Of a stretch of DNA of 64,000 nucleotides, positions 1 through 8,953 are shown in pieces (within the stretch, counting starts at the first letter, position 1; each line of letters begins with the position of its first letter). Source of the DNA: an uncultured Rhodobacteraceae bacterium (GTDB lineage: Bacteria > Pseudomonadota > Alphaproteobacteria > Rhodobacterales > Rhodobacteraceae); NCBI GenBank assembly GCA_947492585.1, contig CANLND010000011.1, forward strand, positions 15,719 through 79,718, written 5' to 3'. The notes beneath the pieces were generated by a model. That model was not told the origin of the DNA. It did not search any database and saw only the letters and a list, made by a program, of their open reading frames with translations. The position numbers and the translations under genes were made by a program.

Positions 1-96
1 GCCCAACGGGCACAGCCCATCTAGGATGGGCAACGCCGGGCGGGAGCCATGCCTTGCAACTTCACCGCCCCCCGCGCACCACAACTCAGGACTGTT

Positions 97-2058
97 CTAG
101 GGCAGTCTGCGCCGGATAAGCGCATCGACGGCCACCGCATCCGTCGGGGTGCACAGCAGCGGATTGATTTCAAGCCTCTCCAGCCCATCAGCCTCTGCCC
201 GCACATAGGCTTCAACCGCCTGCACAGCGCGCAAAATGGCGGGACGATCCGCCCTGGGCGCGCCGCGATACCCGTCCAACACCGGCGCAATGCGCAGGCG
301 CGACAGGCTGGCGTCAATCATCGCGTCGCTCACGGGCAACAGCAGCGAAACGCTGTCCTGTGTCAGCTCCGCCAATGTGCCCCCCGCCGCCAAAGTCAGC
401 ACAAACCCATGGGTCGGATCCCGCACCACTTCGATCAGCAGCTCCACCACACCGCCGCACACCATTTCTTCCACCAAAAATCGCGTGGCAGGCATCCGGT
501 CGGCCGCCTCGCGCACGGCCAAACCTTCGGTCAGATTCACCGCAACCGCGCCGACCCCAGTCTTGTGGGCAATGCCCGCGCCCTTTAACACCACCGGAAA
601 TCCAATATCCGCGGCCACAGCCCGCGCCGCGCCCGATGAACTGGCCGGGCGGCACAACGGAGTGCGCAGACCATAAGCGGCAAGCTCCGCCTTGGCCTCG
701 ACGGCTGTCAGCAATACACTGTCGCCCTCAGCTGTGTGTTCAATGGTGGGCAACAGCAACGGCGCGGCCGGATCCGGATCCACCAGCGCCGCCGCCTGGC
801 AGGCGTTCAGCGCCGCGTGCACCCCCACAAAAGGCACAATACCCGCCGCCATCAACTCCGCAGCCACAGGTTCTGGCATCAATTCAGGCAACACGGCAAC
901 CACCGCCAACCGTCCATTGGACTCAACCGACCGCCGTGCGCATTTTAGCGCAGACAGGGTGATCTCACAAACGACGCCCCCCCCTGGGGGTACGCATAAA
1001 TCGTCCATCCCCAACACTGTCAGCGCCACGTCCGTCTCTAACAGGGCGGAAAACGCTTGGGTTTTGTCGGCCAGATCCCCACACGTGCCCAGCGCTGTAG
1101 ACACCTGCGGATCAAACGCCACGATCTCCAGACCGCGTTGCCCCGCCATATCCCGCAACAGGCCCGACCCGCCGTCCACGGCGTCCGAGCTGGCGATCTT
1201 ATGTGATGGCAGGCGGCCCGCGACATGCAGCAGCTTTAGCGTTTCGACAAAACTGGGCACATCCGTTAGCCGGGCAATGCCAAGACGCGCCAGCACAGCC
1301 TCTGCCCCAACGTCGCGCCCCCACACAGATGCCGCAGCCGACGCCCCCGTTTTCAACGCAACAATAGGTTTGCCCAGCGCCCGTGCCCGCGCCGCCAGCG
1401 CCTCAAACGCAGGCAAATCACCCAGCGTCTCAATATGCAATCCCACCGCTGTGACGCGCGCGTCCTCCAGTACAGCCGCCGCACTCTCTGCAATACCCGG
1501 AGAAACCGACGGAGCCGATACAACCATATAGGCCAATGGCAAACTACGTCGATGCAGGGTCAGGATCCGCGCGACCCGCGCGTTTTGGCTGACGATCGCA
1601 ACGCCCGCCTCACAGGGGCTCCCCTCTGGCAGTTCAGCTCCCAACACAGCCCCATCAAGAAAATTGATCACGCCAGCGCCACATGGGCCAAACACCGGCA
1701 TGTCACCAGCGGTACTCAACAGCTGGTCGTGCAACGCACCAGCCTCTGCAGTCGCGGCCCCCTCACAGCCGGATGCCACACAGACTGCCCCCCCTGCACC
1801 GGAGGCAGCCAGAAGGGCAATCTGCTCCAGCATATTGGCAGGATCCCCCGCCACCACAGCCGCATCCGGCACACCGGGCAAGCTGGCAACATCGGCAAAT
1901 GTGGCACAGCCTGCGATCTCCTCACACGTGGGGTGCACCGGCCAGATTTTCCCGGCAAAGCCCCCTGCATGGCAGTGTTCAATAGTCGACGCACACCACG
2001 CGTCATCACCCATGACTGCAATGGAATTGGGACGCAAAAGCCGCGTAAGAGACTGCAT
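97..2058 (-). CDS. Acetate-CoA ligase (NDP-forming acyl-CoA synthetase) family protein, degenerate active site
   Basis: N-terminal CoA-binding domain (LLRPNSIAVMG..GFAGKIWPVHP) and C-terminal ATP-grasp (GFPVVLKG..AHKT..GAV, FLVEEMV, LEINPL). The family motifs GPNCxG and AxSHTG read GPCGAG and AAASVWG here. Confidence 0.8.
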   Translation of the reverse strand: MQSLTRLLRPNSIAVMGDDAWCASTIEHCHAGGFAGKIWPVHPTCEEIAGCATFADVASLPGVPDAAVVAGDPANMLEQIALLAASGAGGAVCVASGCEGAATAEAGALHDQLLSTAGDMPVFGPCGAGVINFLDGAVLGAELPEGSPCEAGVAIVSQNARVARILTLHRRSLPLAYMVVSAPSVSPGIAESAAAVLEDARVTAVGLHIETLGDLPAFEALAARARALGKPIVALKTGASAAASVWGRDVGAEAVLARLGIARLTDVPSFVETLKLLHVAGRLPSHKIASSDAVDGGSGLLRDMAGQRGLEIVAFDPQVSTALGTCGDLADKTQAFSALLETDVALTVLGMDDLCVPPGGGVVCEITLSALKCARRSVESNGRLAVVAVLPELMPEPVAAELMAAGIVPFVGVHAALNACQAAALVDPDPAAPLLLPTIEHTAEGDSVLLTAVEAKAELAAYGLRTPLCRPASSSGAARAVAADIGFPVVLKGAGIAHKTGVGAVAVNLTEGLAVREAADRMPATRFLVEEMVCGGVVELLIEVVRDPTHGFVLTLAAGGTLAELTQDSVSLLLPVSDAMIDASLSRLRIAPVLDGYRGAPRADRPAILRAVQAVEAYVRAEADGLERLEINPLLCTPTDAVAVDALIRRRLP

Positions 2059-2064
2059 AGATAC

Positions 2065-2376
2065 CTATTCGTTGGGGGCTGGATCCACACGATCCAAATG
2101 CCCCAGATCTTGTTCTGGATTGATACGGTCACGCACACGGGTTTTCAGCTCTTTCACATCAGGAAAGCCACCGTCCCGTTTGCGTTCCCACAGCAACTCC
2201 TTATCCAGATGAATTTCGAAAACGCCACCGGTTTCTCCCGGCACCATGGTCACCCCCCCCAATTGCTCTTGGAAGGTTGACAGCAATTCCTGCGCCATCC
2301 ACCCGGCCCGCAACAGCCAGTTGCAGCCGATGCAATAGGTAATGGTGATCTTGGGTTTGGGGGCCTGCGTGGTCAT
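2065..2376 (-). CDS. SelT/SelW/SelH (Rdx) family redox protein
   Basis: ITITYCIGCNW CxxC motif, GGVFEI, and LLWERKRDGGFP are typical of the Rdx family; RBS GGAGGA lies upstream. Confidence 0.9.
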   Translation of the reverse strand: MTTQAPKPKITITYCIGCNWLLRAGWMAQELLSTFQEQLGGVTMVPGETGGVFEIHLDKELLWERKRDGGFPDVKELKTRVRDRINPEQDLGHLDRVDPAPNE

Positions 2377-2475
2377 CGGGTGTCCTCCGTGGGATCATTA
2401 CATTTCACAGTGGATGATAGGCGGTTCGCGCCTGCTTGTCCCCTCCCGGATGCGCCTGCCCTGCCTGCGCGCGTC

Positions 2476-2873
2476 TCAGGCGCCAAACAGAACCTGATGC
2501 ATGATCCGCCCGGGCAACAGTGTAAAGGCCCCCGCCAGCAACAACGACAGGCAATAGAGCCACGTCATCGCCTTGCGGTGCACCGAAATCTGGCCACGTC
2601 GCACCGCTCGAATGGATTTATACAACACCCCCAATGTAAACACAGACAACACATGAATGTGGCTGAACGGCCCCAGCAAGCGGATCTCAAAAATCAAAAA
2701 AGAGCTGAGCGTAACTGCAACCATCAGCAATACCCAAACCCGGCCCAACCAAATATGCGCCACCTGCCCTTTGGGCAGCGCAAACTGCACGGCCCCGACC
2801 ACGATGGCACACAGAGCCGCAATTGCATGCACAGGAATCGGAAAAGGAGCTGAAAAAAAAGTGGATCCAACAC
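2476..2873 (-). pseudogene. DUF2306-like small membrane protein with an apparent 1-nt frameshift in an A8 tract at its 5' end
   Basis: The body has His-containing hydrophobic helices (PVHAIAAL..PKG..HIWLGRVWV..PFSHIHVLS..HRKAM..AFTLLPGRIMH). The plausible N-terminus (M)LDPL is in a different frame from SAPFPIPVH, separated by T8 on the coding strand (A8 at 2853-2860). Confidence 0.6.
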
Positions 2874-2996
2874 AACAACTTTCAATGAAAATTTTAAACT
2901 CCTTATTCTGCTCAGATCCCCCAATCCAGATCAAGTTACAATGAAACCCGCTTTGGGGGTCTTGCACTTGTGAGCGCAATCAGAGTTACATGGGAC

Positions 2997-4799
2997 ATGT
3001 CAGATACCCCAGTCCCAAGTTGGCCCGACACCGCCCCCCAATTGATCGAAGTCGCCGCCGGACGCGCGCCCGCAGATATGGTTGTGCGCGGTGGCATCTG
3101 GGTCAACGTCCACACACGCGAAGTGCTGGACGGTCACGACATCGCCATCAAATCAGGCCGCATCGCCTATGCCGGCCCAGATGCCTCATATTGCACCGGT
3201 CCCGAAACTAAGGTGATCGAGGCCAAGGGGCGCTATATGATCCCCGGCCTGTGTGACGCCCATATGCACATCGAAAGCGGCATGTTGACGCCTGCGGAAT
3301 TTGCCCGCGCCGTCATTCCGCATGGCACCACCTCCATGTTCACCGACCCGCATGAAATTGCCAATGTCATGGGATTGGAAGGTGTACGCCTGATGCACGA
3401 CGAGGCGTTGTTGCAACCGGTGAACATCTTCACCCAAATGCCGTCTTGCGCGCCCTCAGCGCCCGGGCTTGAAACCACCGGGTTTGAAATCACTGCCGAG
3501 GACGTGAGGGAGGCCATGGCCTGGCCCGGTATCATTGGCCTTGGGGAAATGATGAACTTCCCCGGTGTGTCAAACGCCGACCCCAAGATGCTGGCCGAAA
3601 TCGCCGCAACGCAACGCGCCGGTAAAACCGTCGGCGGGCATTATGCTTCACCGGATCTGGGGCCGAATTTTGCCGCCTATGTGGCCGGTGGTCCGGCGGA
3701 TGATCACGAAGGCACCTGCGAGGCCGACGCCATTGCCCGTGTGCGGCAGGGCATGCGCGCGATGATGCGGCTGGGGTCCGCCTGGTATGATGTGGAATCA
3801 CAGATCACCGCCATCACCGAAAAGGGATTGGATCCTCGCAGTTTCATCCTGTGCACCGATGATTGCCACTCCGGCACGTTGGTCAACGATGGCCATATGA
3901 ACCGCGTGGTGCGCCACGCCATCGCCTGCGGCTGTGATCCGGTGGTCGCCCTGCAAATGGCCACGATTAACACCGCCACACATTTCGGGCTGGAGCGCGA
4001 AATAGGGTCCCTTACCCCCGGTCGGCGCGCGGACATCATCCTGACATCTGACCTGAAAACCCTACCGATAGAGCTGGTCATCGCCCGTGGTCAGATCGTG
4101 GCCGAAAACGGCTCAATCACAGTGGATTGTCCGCATCTCAACTGGCCCGCCCATGCCCGCGGCACCGTGCATCTGGGCCATGATCTGACCGCAACAGATT
4201 TTGAACTGGCCGCGCCTACAGGGGCCAGTTCCGTCACCGTAAACGTGATTGGCGTGGTCGAAAATCAGGCTCCAACCAAGGCGCTACAGGCGGAGCTGCC
4301 CGTACGCAACGGTCTGGTAGAAGGCACCAAGGAGATTTGCCAGATCGCATTGGTCGAACGCCATCGCGGCACCGGCGGGGTTACAAATGCCTTTGTGTCG
4401 GGCTTCGGCTATCAGGGAAAAATGGCTATGGCCTCTACCGTGGCGCATGACAGTCACCATATGATCGTGGTCGGAACAGACCGCGAACACATGGCCATGG
4501 CGGCCAATCGTCTGGCCGACGTCGGCGGCGGCGTGACCTTGTTTCAGGACGGCACCGAACAGGCGCTGGTGGAATTGCCGATTGCAGGCCTGATGTCCGA
4601 CAGCCCAGCCACAGACGTCGCCGCCAAAGCCGACGCCTTGGGTGCGGCCATGCAAAACGCAGGCTGTTCCCTAAACAACGCCTATATGCAGCACTCCTTA
4701 TTGGCCCTCGTGGTGATTCCTGAACTTCGAATCTCAGACCTTGGGCTGGTCGATGTGCGCACCTTCAAAAAAATACCAGTTATTGAGGCCCCCGTATGA
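2997..4799 (+). CDS. ade: Adenine deaminase
   Basis: DAHMHIES metal motif, PHEIANV, GLGEMMNFPGV, DDHE and STVAHDSHH. Start moved to ATG 2997, in frame with ORF 2970. Confidence 0.93.
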   Translation: MSDTPVPSWPDTAPQLIEVAAGRAPADMVVRGGIWVNVHTREVLDGHDIAIKSGRIAYAGPDASYCTGPETKVIEAKGRYMIPGLCDAHMHIESGMLTPAEFARAVIPHGTTSMFTDPHEIANVMGLEGVRLMHDEALLQPVNIFTQMPSCAPSAPGLETTGFEITAEDVREAMAWPGIIGLGEMMNFPGVSNADPKMLAEIAATQRAGKTVGGHYASPDLGPNFAAYVAGGPADDHEGTCEADAIARVRQGMRAMMRLGSAWYDVESQITAITEKGLDPRSFILCTDDCHSGTLVNDGHMNRVVRHAIACGCDPVVALQMATINTATHFGLEREIGSLTPGRRADIILTSDLKTLPIELVIARGQIVAENGSITVDCPHLNWPAHARGTVHLGHDLTATDFELAAPTGASSVTVNVIGVVENQAPTKALQAELPVRNGLVEGTKEICQIALVERHRGTGGVTNAFVSGFGYQGKMAMASTVAHDSHHMIVVGTDREHMAMAANRLADVGGGVTLFQDGTEQALVELPIAGLMSDSPATDVAAKADALGAAMQNAGCSLNNAYMQHSLLALVVIPELRISDLGLVDVRTFKKIPVIEAPV

Positions 4800-6259
4800 G
4801 CATCCAATCCCCCACTCACCCCGCATCTGAGAGTTTTATGGATGCAACCGCTGCCGTTGATCGGCTGCAACTTCTATACAACCAAGCCACCGATTTTCTG
4901 ACCCATGCGTTCAGCGACGCTGTCGAAAATGGTGTGACGGGCACGCCCCATTTTCGCGCCTTCTATCCTGAAATCCGGTTCAAGATCACCTCATACACCC
5001 CCGTCGACAGCCGCCTCAGTTTTGGCCATGTGTCAGCCCCCGGCACCTTTGCCAGCACGGTGACGCGCCCAGACCTGTTCCGCTACTATCTGATCCAGCA
5101 AATTGGCCTGTTGATCCGCAACCATGGCCAACCGGTGGAAATTGGCGTGTCAGACACTCCCATTCCGGTGCATTTCGCCGTCGTCGGCCGCGACGACGTG
5201 ACTGTGCCACAAGAAGGCACCGCGGGCTTTGTACTGCGTGATGTCTTTGACGTGCCGGACCTGTCCACCACCAATGATGACATCGTCAATGGCACCTTTG
5301 AACCCACCGACGGAATTGGCCCTCTGGCCCTGTTCACCGCCCAGCGCGTGGACTACTCTTTGGCACGGCTGGCGCATTACACCGCAACCGCACCAGAACA
5401 TTTCCAGAACCACGTGCTGTTCACCAACTACCAGTTCTACGTGTCCGAATTCGAATCCTACGCCCGCGAAATGCTGGCAGATCCAAATTCGGGCTACACT
5501 GCCTTTGTCAGCACCGGAAATCACGAAATCACCACTGCGGACGCGGACATCCCAGAGATCACCAAGCTGCCGCAGATGCCAACCTACCACCTGAAACGCG
5601 CCGACGGGAATGGCATCACGCTGGTCAATATCGGCGTTGGTCCGTCAAACGCCAAAACCGCCACTGACCATATTGCCGTGCTGCGCCCGCACGCCTGGAT
5701 GATGGTCGGCCACTGCGCCGGATTGCGCAACACGCAGGCCTTGGGTGATTTTGTACTGGCGCACGCCTATCTGCGCGAAGACCACGTTTTAGACGACGAC
5801 CTGCCGGTCTGGACCCCGATCCCCGCTCTGGCCGAAGTTCAGGTCGCACTGGAAGAGGCCGTGGCAGAGGTGACCGAGCTGAAAGGCTATGATCTCAAAC
5901 GCATCATGCGTACCGGCACTGTCGCCACCATCGACAATCGCAACTGGGAGCTGCGGGATCAATCCGGTCCGGTCAAACGGCTCAGCCAGTCGCGCGCCGT
6001 GGCGCTGGATATGGAAAGCGCCACAATCGCCGCCAATGGCTATCGCTTTCGGGTGCCCTACGGCACGCTGTTGTGTGTCTCTGACAAACCGTTGCACGGC
6101 GAATTAAAGCTGCCCGGCATGGCTTCTGATTTCTATCGCACGCAGGTCGCCCGGCATTTGCAGATCGGTATCAAGGCGATGGAAGGTCTGCGTGGTATGC
6201 CGCTGGAAAGGCTACACAGTCGCAAATTGCGCTCCTTTGACGAAACAGCCTTTCTCTAG
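4796..6259 (+). CDS. amn: AMP nucleosidase
   Basis: LFTNYQFYV, KLPQMPTYHL, NIGVGPSNAKTATDH, GHCAGLR, DMESATIAANGYRFRVPYGTLLCVSDKPLHGE. ATGA overlap with ade. Confidence 0.95.
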   Translation: MSIQSPTHPASESFMDATAAVDRLQLLYNQATDFLTHAFSDAVENGVTGTPHFRAFYPEIRFKITSYTPVDSRLSFGHVSAPGTFASTVTRPDLFRYYLIQQIGLLIRNHGQPVEIGVSDTPIPVHFAVVGRDDVTVPQEGTAGFVLRDVFDVPDLSTTNDDIVNGTFEPTDGIGPLALFTAQRVDYSLARLAHYTATAPEHFQNHVLFTNYQFYVSEFESYAREMLADPNSGYTAFVSTGNHEITTADADIPEITKLPQMPTYHLKRADGNGITLVNIGVGPSNAKTATDHIAVLRPHAWMMVGHCAGLRNTQALGDFVLAHAYLREDHVLDDDLPVWTPIPALAEVQVALEEAVAEVTELKGYDLKRIMRTGTVATIDNRNWELRDQSGPVKRLSQSRAVALDMESATIAANGYRFRVPYGTLLCVSDKPLHGELKLPGMASDFYRTQVARHLQIGIKAMEGLRGMPLERLHSRKLRSFDETAFL

Positions 6260-6402
6260 CAGCAAAAAACAACCCGATTTTGGCCAAAAACTGCCTGAAA
6301 CCCCAGTGTTTGCTGCGACATTGCGTTGTGTTGGACCACTACATACCGCTAATGTTGCGCGATGAGACCCTACACATCGGGCAGTTCTAAGGAGAAATAA
6401 CA

Positions 6403-6696
6403 ATGTCCAAACCGATGACCAAAACACAGCTGGTCGCCGCACTGGCTGACGAAATGGACAGCGACAAGAAAACCGCGGGCGCTGCGCTGGACGCCGTCTG
6501 TGGCTTGATCACCCGCGAAGTTTCTGGCGGTGGTGCTGTCACCCTGCCCGGCGTTGGCAAAATCTACTGCCGCGAGCGCCCCGAGCGCGAAGTGCGCAAT
6601 CCCGCCACCGGCGAGAAGTTCATGAAAGAAGCAGACAAGGTTGTGAAAATGACCATCGCCAAAGCGCTGAAAGACAGCGTCAACGGCGAAGCCTGA
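6403..6696 (+). CDS. HU/IHF family DNA-binding protein
   Basis: MTKTQLVAALA..VTLPGVGK..R..RNPATGE..KALKD; RBS AAGGAG. Confidence 0.9.
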   Translation: MSKPMTKTQLVAALADEMDSDKKTAGAALDAVCGLITREVSGGGAVTLPGVGKIYCRERPEREVRNPATGEKFMKEADKVVKMTIAKALKDSVNGEA

Positions 6697-6717
6697 TCCC
6701 CGCGATCAAAGGTTTGC

Positions 6718-6747
6718 AAAGGGTCGCCCACGGGCGGCCCTTTTTTT
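6718..6747 (+). terminator. Intrinsic terminator after HU gene
   Basis: GGGTCGCCC-AC-GGGCGGCCC followed by T7. Confidence 0.85.
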
Positions 6748-6806
6748 GTATGGATTGGAAGCGTCTGAGACAATGAAAACCACCCAGCACAGAAAACTGA
6801 CGCCGT

Positions 6807-7763
6807 TTACTTAAACCACCCGTCCACGGTTGCCGCGTTCTGCTCAAGCCATTCCGCTGCGAAAACGGCAGGCGCTTTTTGTTCGACCGCCAGCGCATAG
6901 GTCATCGTCGACAACACATCCGAGCTGAGGCTGATGTTAGACAACATGGCCACAACCTCCGGCTGCTGGCGCTCCAGCGTCGTCGCATAGCTGATATTCA
7001 ACTCCGCAGCTTCCCAGGCCACGCCTGCGCTGGATTTTTCCAACCAACCCGGCGTCGGGGACGGCGGCACAATGATCCAGCTTTTGGGATCATGCGCGGG
7101 TTCCTTCAGCGTCACCAGATCATGTACCGCAAACATATGGTGCGGCGTGTAGCAGAAAAACACGATGTTCTGTTTGGCCGTCACCGCCGCGTCCACCTCA
7201 GCAAGGGCTGCGGGTTCATCCATAACCTTCAACGACATGGTTTTGTCATAGCCATAAGAGCGCGCCCGGATCTGTTCGATTGGGGTAGAGCCCCAGCCCT
7301 TGGCCCCGATCCACAGATCGCCTTTGCCATCGCCATCACGGTCAAATCTGGCCGCCATTTCAGGATCCCGCAGCTGCGACAGATCAGTGATCCCGGTGCG
7401 TTCGGCGGTGCCTTTGGTCACACAGGTGGCTTGTGTCCCAGTGGCACCATTGGCGTGCATGCGGATTGATTTCTTGCCGTCCACATATTGCCGTTTCAGA
7501 TGATCCAGATTGGGCAGCCAGGCTTCGGGATGGATGTGAATGGTGCCCGCATCCATTTCCTTAAACACCACTTCATTGGTTGCATTGCGCAGCTCAACCT
7601 CCAGCTCCAGCCGATCTTCGATGGCCTGTTTAAAGATATGCGCCGTGGCCTGCACCGACGGCCAATTGGGCACGCCAATCACGACATCCGCCGCAAGGGC
7701 AGCAGATCCAGTCAGCGACAAAACCAACGTGTGGCACAGCAAAAAGGAGCGGTGAAATTTCAT
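6807..7763 (-). CDS. Glycine betaine/proline-type ABC substrate-binding protein (ProX/OpuAC-like), orphan
   Basis: Signal peptide then VVIGVPNWPS, PEAWLPN, DGDGKGDLWIGAKGW, VFFCYTPHHMFA. Start at ATG 7763 with RBS GGAGGA. Confidence 0.85.
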   Translation of the reverse strand: MKFHRSFLLCHTLVLSLTGSAALAADVVIGVPNWPSVQATAHIFKQAIEDRLELEVELRNATNEVVFKEMDAGTIHIHPEAWLPNLDHLKRQYVDGKKSIRMHANGATGTQATCVTKGTAERTGITDLSQLRDPEMAARFDRDGDGKGDLWIGAKGWGSTPIEQIRARSYGYDKTMSLKVMDEPAALAEVDAAVTAKQNIVFFCYTPHHMFAVHDLVTLKEPAHDPKSWIIVPPSPTPGWLEKSSAGVAWEAAELNISYATTLERQQPEVVAMLSNISLSSDVLSTMTYALAVEQKAPAVFAAEWLEQNAATVDGWFK

Positions 7764-7882
7764 ACCATAGTCCTCCAGGAACATACGAGTTAACGTTAAA
7801 ACACATAAATTTCTTAGGTCTCGGCCCACAACACTAGCATAAATTGTGCCGCTGCGCCAAATCCACGCCGCAAATTCGCCCT

Positions 7883-7911
7883 TTGACTTCGCACCCAAAC
7901 ACCCCATCTAG
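7883..7911 (+). promoter_or_regulatory. RpoH (sigma32)-like promoter of msrB-msrA
   Basis: TTG (7883-7885)-N17-CCCATCT (7903-7909), resembling alphaproteobacterial RpoH promoters. Confidence 0.5.
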
Positions 7912-7938
7912 GGATCAAAGAAACCAGGAGAGATCGCC

Positions 7939-8388
7939 ATGCCTCACTATACCAAAGACCCCGACGCCATTGCCGCGCTCTCCGAAGAAGAGTTCTACGT
8001 GACCCAGCGCGCGGGCACCGAACGGCCCGGCACCGGCAAACTGCTGCACACCACCGAACCGGGCATCTATGTTGATATCGTGTCAGCTGAACCGCTGTTT
8101 GCCTCTTCTGATAAATTCGATTCAGGGTGTGGCTGGCCCAGTTTCACCAAACCCATCGAACCCGCCCATGTGGCCGAAATCGAAGACCGTACACTGGGGA
8201 TGGTCCGCACCGAAGTACGATCGACCCACGGCGACAGCCACCTTGGCCACGTCTTTCCCGATGGACCACGCGATCAAGGCGGCTTGCGCTACTGCATCAA
8301 TTCCGCCGCCTTGCGCTTCATCGCCTTGGCTGACATGGAGGCCGAAGGGTATGGCAACTACATCGATCAAGTGGAGGATCACCGATGA
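7939..8388 (+). CDS. msrB: Peptide-methionine (R)-S-oxide reductase MsrB
   Basis: [41 protein letters not shown]. Confidence 0.97.
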   Translation: MPHYTKDPDAIAALSEEEFYVTQRAGTERPGTGKLLHTTEPGIYVDIVSAEPLFASSDKFDSGCGWPSFTKPIEPAHVAEIEDRTLGMVRTEVRSTHGDSHLGHVFPDGPRDQGGLRYCINSAALRFIALADMEAEGYGNYIDQVEDHR

Positions 8389-8897
8389 GCAACATTGAAC
8401 GCGCCGTTCTGGCGGGGGGCTGTTTTTGGGGCATGCAAGAGCTGATCCGGCATCTGCCCGGCGTGACAGCCACCCGTGTGGGTTATACCGGCGGCGATGT
8501 GCCCAACGCGACCTACCAAAATCACGGCACCCATGCCGAAGGTATTGAAATACTGTTTGACCCCAGCCAAACCAGCTATCGCGCGCTGCTTGAATTCTTC
8601 TTTCAGATCCACGATCCTAGCACCGAAAACCGGCAGGGCAACGATGTTGGCCTTAGCTATCGCTCGGCGATCTATTATGTGGATGAGGCGCAAAAAGAAG
8701 TGGCCATCGACACCATCGCGGATGTGGATGCCTCAGGTCTTTGGCCCGGAAAAGTGGTGACCGAGGTCGAACCCGTGGGCGATTTCTGGAACGCAGAAGC
8801 CAATCATCAGGACTATCTTCAGCGCCTTCCAGATGGCTACACCTGCCATTTTGCCCGCCCCGACTGGGTTTTGCCCAAACGCAACGCGGCCGAGTAA
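8385..8897 (+). CDS. msrA: Peptide-methionine (S)-S-oxide reductase MsrA
   Basis: AGGCFWG, GYTGG, HAE, RQGNDVG..YRSAI, AE..HQDYL, GYTCH. ATGA overlap with msrB. Confidence 0.97.
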   Translation: MSNIERAVLAGGCFWGMQELIRHLPGVTATRVGYTGGDVPNATYQNHGTHAEGIEILFDPSQTSYRALLEFFFQIHDPSTENRQGNDVGLSYRSAIYYVDEAQKEVAIDTIADVDASGLWPGKVVTEVEPVGDFWNAEANHQDYLQRLPDGYTCHFARPDWVLPKRNAAE

Positions 8898-8917
8898 AAA
8901 CAGGCTCTAATATGGGT

Positions 8918-8943
8918 AATAGGGGAGCATCTGCTCCCCTATT
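8918..8943. terminator. Hairpin between convergent msrA and hydantoinase genes (probable bidirectional terminator)
   Basis: AATAGGGGAGCA-TC-TGCTCCCCTATT, a perfect 12-bp inverted repeat. Confidence 0.7.
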
Positions 8944-8953
8944 TCGTATCAAA

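Noticed and set aside
1-31. Small hairpins GCCC/GGGC and GCCCATC/GATGGGC at the window edge
   Set aside because: There is too little context; they could be a terminator or promoter element of a gene outside the window.
2065-2376. Possible selenoprotein (SelW-like)
   Set aside because: The motif is CxxC (CIGC) with no in-frame TGA.
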